DNA of 64,000 nucleotides from Vairimorpha necatrix (Eukaryota): NCBI GenBank assembly GCA_036630325.1, contig CP142736.1, positions 496,001 to 560,000 of the forward strand, read 5' to 3'. Shown piece by piece: positions 59,611 to 64,000 of this stretch (position 1 is its first letter; each line of letters starts with the position of its first letter). The notes under the pieces were generated by a model. It saw only the letters and a program-made list of their open reading frames with translations, ran no database searches and was not told where the DNA came from. The position numbers and the translations under genes were made by a program.

Positions 59611-60832
59611 GGCGCTACTTCATTTTCTTGCCCCCCCCCCTAAAAAAAAAATTATTTAGAAGAAATTTTATTTATTCAAACCTACAAAGTTCTAAAATTT
59701 TTATATAGGCACATCTATGATCATCATTATTAGAATGATTGATATTTCTTTTTTTCCAAGCAAATTCTTTTAGAAATAAATTAATCCTATGCCTTTTAAG
59801 CCCACTTCTCTATCTATACTCATTCTTCAAATGAGACCACAAATTTTCTATATTATTTGTGTGGTCTCCTTCTGCATTTATAAATCCAAACGAATGATTT
59901 ACTATGTAATGTTCATTGCCAAAATTTCTAGAGGCTGATGGATATGAAGGGTATCCATCAGTAATTATAATAGAGCCACGTTTTACTCTGCGTCTAAAAA
60001 AGTCTTCAATAGTACTAGATTGTCGATTAGGTAGCAATTCAAGAACAAATTCTCTACAATTACCTTCTACTATGCCGCCTATAATCCATTGAATTCCAGG
60101 CATGGAATCCAAAGTTGAAGAAGGATTAGATACAATTAACCCGTTGCATATGGCGGTTTCATCAAATTGTACACGAACAGAAGTTCCTCCAATTTGGTAG
60201 CTATCATCGCTTTCAGAAGCAATGATTTCCATCACTGTATCCTTGATTTTAATAAATGAATTTTTACATATTTTGCACAGATCTATTGCTTGGTAAGTAG
60301 TATAATTAAATACTCAGCAATAGAATGCTCTAAGAATTTTGTGAAATGGAATTCTTATTCCTTTAAACATCGTACCATTTTTAAGTGAGCTCTTCGAACT
60401 ACACTTTTTATTAACACAACGATAAGCTTTACCGTCGATGTAGCCGGAACATCCACTAATGTTCATAAGAACAGTTCGTTCTGATGTCGAACAATGTCTG
60501 CAAGCAATCGATCTTTTTAGAAGACCATTATCTAAAAAAAAATCAATTGCTGCTTCATTGTTCCTAAAGCACGCATCTTCGCAGACATTTAGCTCACGAA
60601 TAGCCTCCTGCAGATATCTCATTAAGGGAAAAAAAAATTAATTTTTTAACCCCTTAATGAGATATCTGCAGGAAGCATTTAAAAATTCTCAAATCGACAA
60701 AAAATACCTTAACTTCATTTTCTTGCCCCCTCAAAAAAAAATGTTTAGATTCGAAAAATAACACGATTTTGTATCTTTTTATTGATGTTTTTTTTTTTTT
60801 TTTGGGGGGGGGCAAGAAAATGAAGTAGCGCC
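59611..60832 (-). mobile_element. Merlin transposon with broken transposase
   Basis: TIR GGCGCTACTTCATTTTCTTGCCCC. 8-bp TSD TGAATTTC. QFDETA, TDGYPSYP, HTNNIENLW. Confidence 0.95.
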
Positions 60833-61371
60833 TGAATTTCTATATTCCCATGTTTGAATTTCTATATTCCCATGTTTTAATTTCTATATTATGTTTGAAT
60901 TTCTATAGTGCCATAAAAAGATGAAATTAAAAATAAATAAAAAAGTTTATTAAATAAAGTCTTCTCTTGCTCTTGCCTTTTCTAGCCACTCCATCATATT
61001 TCTATAAAATCCAGGACACTCACGGCTATAATTTAAACTCAAAACATTTTCAATCCTTGTTTCAATTTGACTTTCTGTATTATGAAAAGATGAAAACCTT
61101 GCCTTGAGCATCGAAAAGAATTCTTCGATGGGATTTAATTGTGGAGAATAAGGAGGCAGGAATTTATGATTGATGCCTAGATTGTTTAATTTTTGTAAAA
61201 CTTCCCGCGAATGATGAAAACTAGCATTATCCACAATAAGAACTTTACCAGGATTATTCCTAAAGAACATAGACAATTTATTCCCTACAAAGTTCATAAA
61301 ACTCTCAGAGTTATACGCTCCACGTTTGAACTCATATGCCAATAATCCATTTATAGTAATTACGCACATGC

Positions 61372-62350
61372 GGAGCTTTGGCCCACTATGGTCAGAAAAA
61401 GGGTATTTAAGTGAATTTGTAATTTTTTTGCCCCAAAAATGAAAAGTCGAGAGGAGGAGCTCATGAACATTTTTTCAACAGCAATCGAAAACAAGACAGT
61501 ATAGTGTACAAAATGTGATGCTGATTGTAAAACGACTAAAAAAACAAATATGTAGCTATATGTAAATGGAAAGCTTGTAAAGTCAAGGTGTCATTATTAA
61601 AAGACACTCCATTTTATTGCAAAAAGACAAGTATATTAGATATTTTGTTAGTAATAAAGCTATGGTCTTTTAAAGTTAAACAGACTGCCATATGTGAATT
61701 TCTGGGCATTAGTCAAAAATGCATAAGACATATAATTAATAAAACATTATCTATTGTGGAAAATACTGTTTATAATTTAACTGGTAAAATAGGTGGACCA
61801 GGAATAATAGTAGAAATAGATGAATCCAAATTTGGTAAAGTGAAATATCACAAAGGCCATCGTGTCGATGGTGTCTGGGTTTTTGGGATGGTTGAAAGAA
61901 CCACCCAAAGGAAGATTGTAATGATTCCAGTAGACAATAGAAGAGCTGACACTTTAGAAGAAATAATTAAAAATTATGTTCACAGAGAATCAATAATACA
62001 CAGTGACTGCTTTAAGTCTTACAGCAAATTAAAAGACATATTTGCAGAGCGTAAAACTGTTAATCATTCCATTGAATTTGTGAACAATATCAATAGCTGT
62101 CATACTAACACTATTGAAGGAAATTGGTTTGGTATAAAAAATGAAACTTCAGTAAGACACAGAACAAGAACACTGATTTCTGGTTCACTAATAAGATTTA
62201 TGTTAAGAAGAAATTTTAAAGGAGATGTATTTACAAATATTATTAAATTTATTTTTTCTTCCTTTTTCCCGTTTTGACTTTCCAAAAAAAGGGTGTTTTT
62301 TTAAAAAAAATATTTATAGCCAAAAACGCTCATTGTGGGCCTTTTAGCCC
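61372..62350 (+). mobile_element. Merlin transposon
   Basis: 8-bp TSD GCACATGC. Short asymmetric TIRs. ORF 61588-62277 with VEIDESKFG and HTNTIEGNW. N-terminus has stops. Confidence 0.93.
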
Positions 62351-64000
62351 GCACATGCAGCTGATATTTTGGCCTCGATTTGCTGGCACATTCTTATAGG
62401 CTTTAGTGTTTTTCTCTGAGTATCCGTAACTACGGGTCGTATGGGCGTTGAACCCAGTTTCATCAAGGAAAACTAGGTTTTCAACAGAGTACCTACTAAT
62501 TTCAGCTGCATAGATACTCCTTTTATTTAACTTGTCCAACGAATTACGTTCAACAGGAATTATTGAAACTCTTTTTCTTGTTATACCGAGTTTTTTTAGT
62601 TTTTTCGATATTGAAGATATGGTCAAATTTACTCCTGTTCGTGTATATAACTCGAATGAAATTTCTTGTAAAGTCATATAATTAGCACAATCAACTATGT
62701 TTTTTATAACACGCTCTGTGTTTGAAAGTATTTCGCTTTCACCCAACTGCGGAAGAGGGCTAACGGATTGATTGTGTTGTCTTCTTTAAAAGATGCAACG
62801 GTTTTACGGTGTAAATCAACCATCCTCGATATTTCGGCAACGGATCGTTTTTCATCTTTTGATAACTCCAAAACTATGTTTCTTAATTCAGTAGTTATTG
62901 TTTTACTTTCTTTTCTAACCATTAAGGGGCACAAAAAATTCAAATTTTTATGGGACTATAGAAATTCAAACATGGCACTATAGAAATTCAAACATGGGAA
63001 TATAGAAATTCAAACATGGGAATATAGAAATTCAAACATGGGAATATAGAAATTCAAACATGGCACAATAATGATCCAAACCCTTGTAATAATTTTTAGG
63101 TAACATCGACTGTGTTTTAAATTTTGAGTATATCAAAATCGACAACTAACATTATATTATTTTTTTTTGATATTTAGCGCGTCTTTATTATAAAAAAATA
63201 ACATAAAGCCAAGAATTATGAGATTAAAGATATCAAATCTCTTGTTTTAAAAAGAGTCTTGAAGTGTCATTCTAGAATATAAAAGATCATGGAATTTTGA
63301 AAGTGATGAAGAAAGACGAGAGACAGCGAGTCTAATCATTTTTACTCACAAAGAGAGGCATATGAAGACTGAAATAGGAACATAAGAAGAAAAAGAAGCT
63401 TTATAAAATATGAATTTGAGGTATAGTTAGAAATTTTACAAGAATCAATTGTGAAGTTTTTTGAATTTATATTTGATTTGAATAATTTAATTAGAATTCA
63501 GATTATCTAATCCTATGTACACACATCTGAACCATCGCTTCTTTGTCTTTTATTCTTTAAAAATATTAAATAAACGAAAACATACAAGAAACATTGAATA
63601 TGTGTTGTACGTTACAAAAAATACCATACGTATAGTTACAACATAAGAGGTTCATTAAAATTTTCCTTTAAAATATTACAGATTTAAAGAGCAGAATAAA
63701 TATCTGCAATTTGTTGTGTCAACTAACACAATAATTTCTTTAAATAGAATTAAGGATATATACAGACAATATCAACTAGGTGGTGGAATATGTTTTTTAT
63801 AACATAACTTAATTTTCTTTTGTTATCATTATAAAAAACATAACTTGTCATATTTGTCTTTCTAAATTTAAATAAAAAAATTTTCTTTTATTTAATAAAT
63901 TTGTTTCATTGTTTATATTTGTGTGCGATATTGTTTAAGTTCAATTGTAAAATTGTTTAAGTTTTTTGCAATATTGTTTATGTTTTATTTGTAATAATTT

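Larger units (their letters stand above)
59507..63086 (-). mobile_element. Tc1/IS630-like DD34E transposon with two Merlin insertions
   Basis: TA-CAAGG...CCTTG-TA ends. TIRs of 22-bp tandem units. Transposase from 62922 down to 60950 (FLDETG, VDNASFH, SPQLNPIEE). Confidence 0.93.

Overview
A very AT-rich, intron-free eukaryotic window with no recognisable intact host gene. It is a deeply nested transposon pile, up to four levels. A CCC-type motif a few nt before most start codons, plus the element repertoire, suggests a large-genome microsporidian (inference). Contents: about 13 Ty3/Gypsy LTR elements or solo LTRs, about 13 Merlin (IS1016/ISXO2-like) transposons and derivatives, three DD34E Tc1/IS630-like elements, two Mutator-like elements, a Helitron-type PIF1 helicase fragment, an unclassified MITE and a tRNA-derived SINE. 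Most boundaries are fixed by target-site duplications (TSDs) read from the sequence. The main candidate for a new system is one Gypsy clade with several shared features. (1) An in-frame UGA replaces the Arg of ADxLSR between RNase H and integrase in three divergent elements, including a young, otherwise intact copy. (2) There is no tRNA primer-binding site (PBS); a covarying 12-bp palindrome or a 52-nt LTR fold-back sits there instead. (3) A covarying hairpin caps the U3 tip. (4) A conserved peptide motif is encoded inside the LTR. A second Gypsy group has ultra-short LTRs (48-79 bp), and one of its families lacks the protease. All calls were made by eye; no searches were run.
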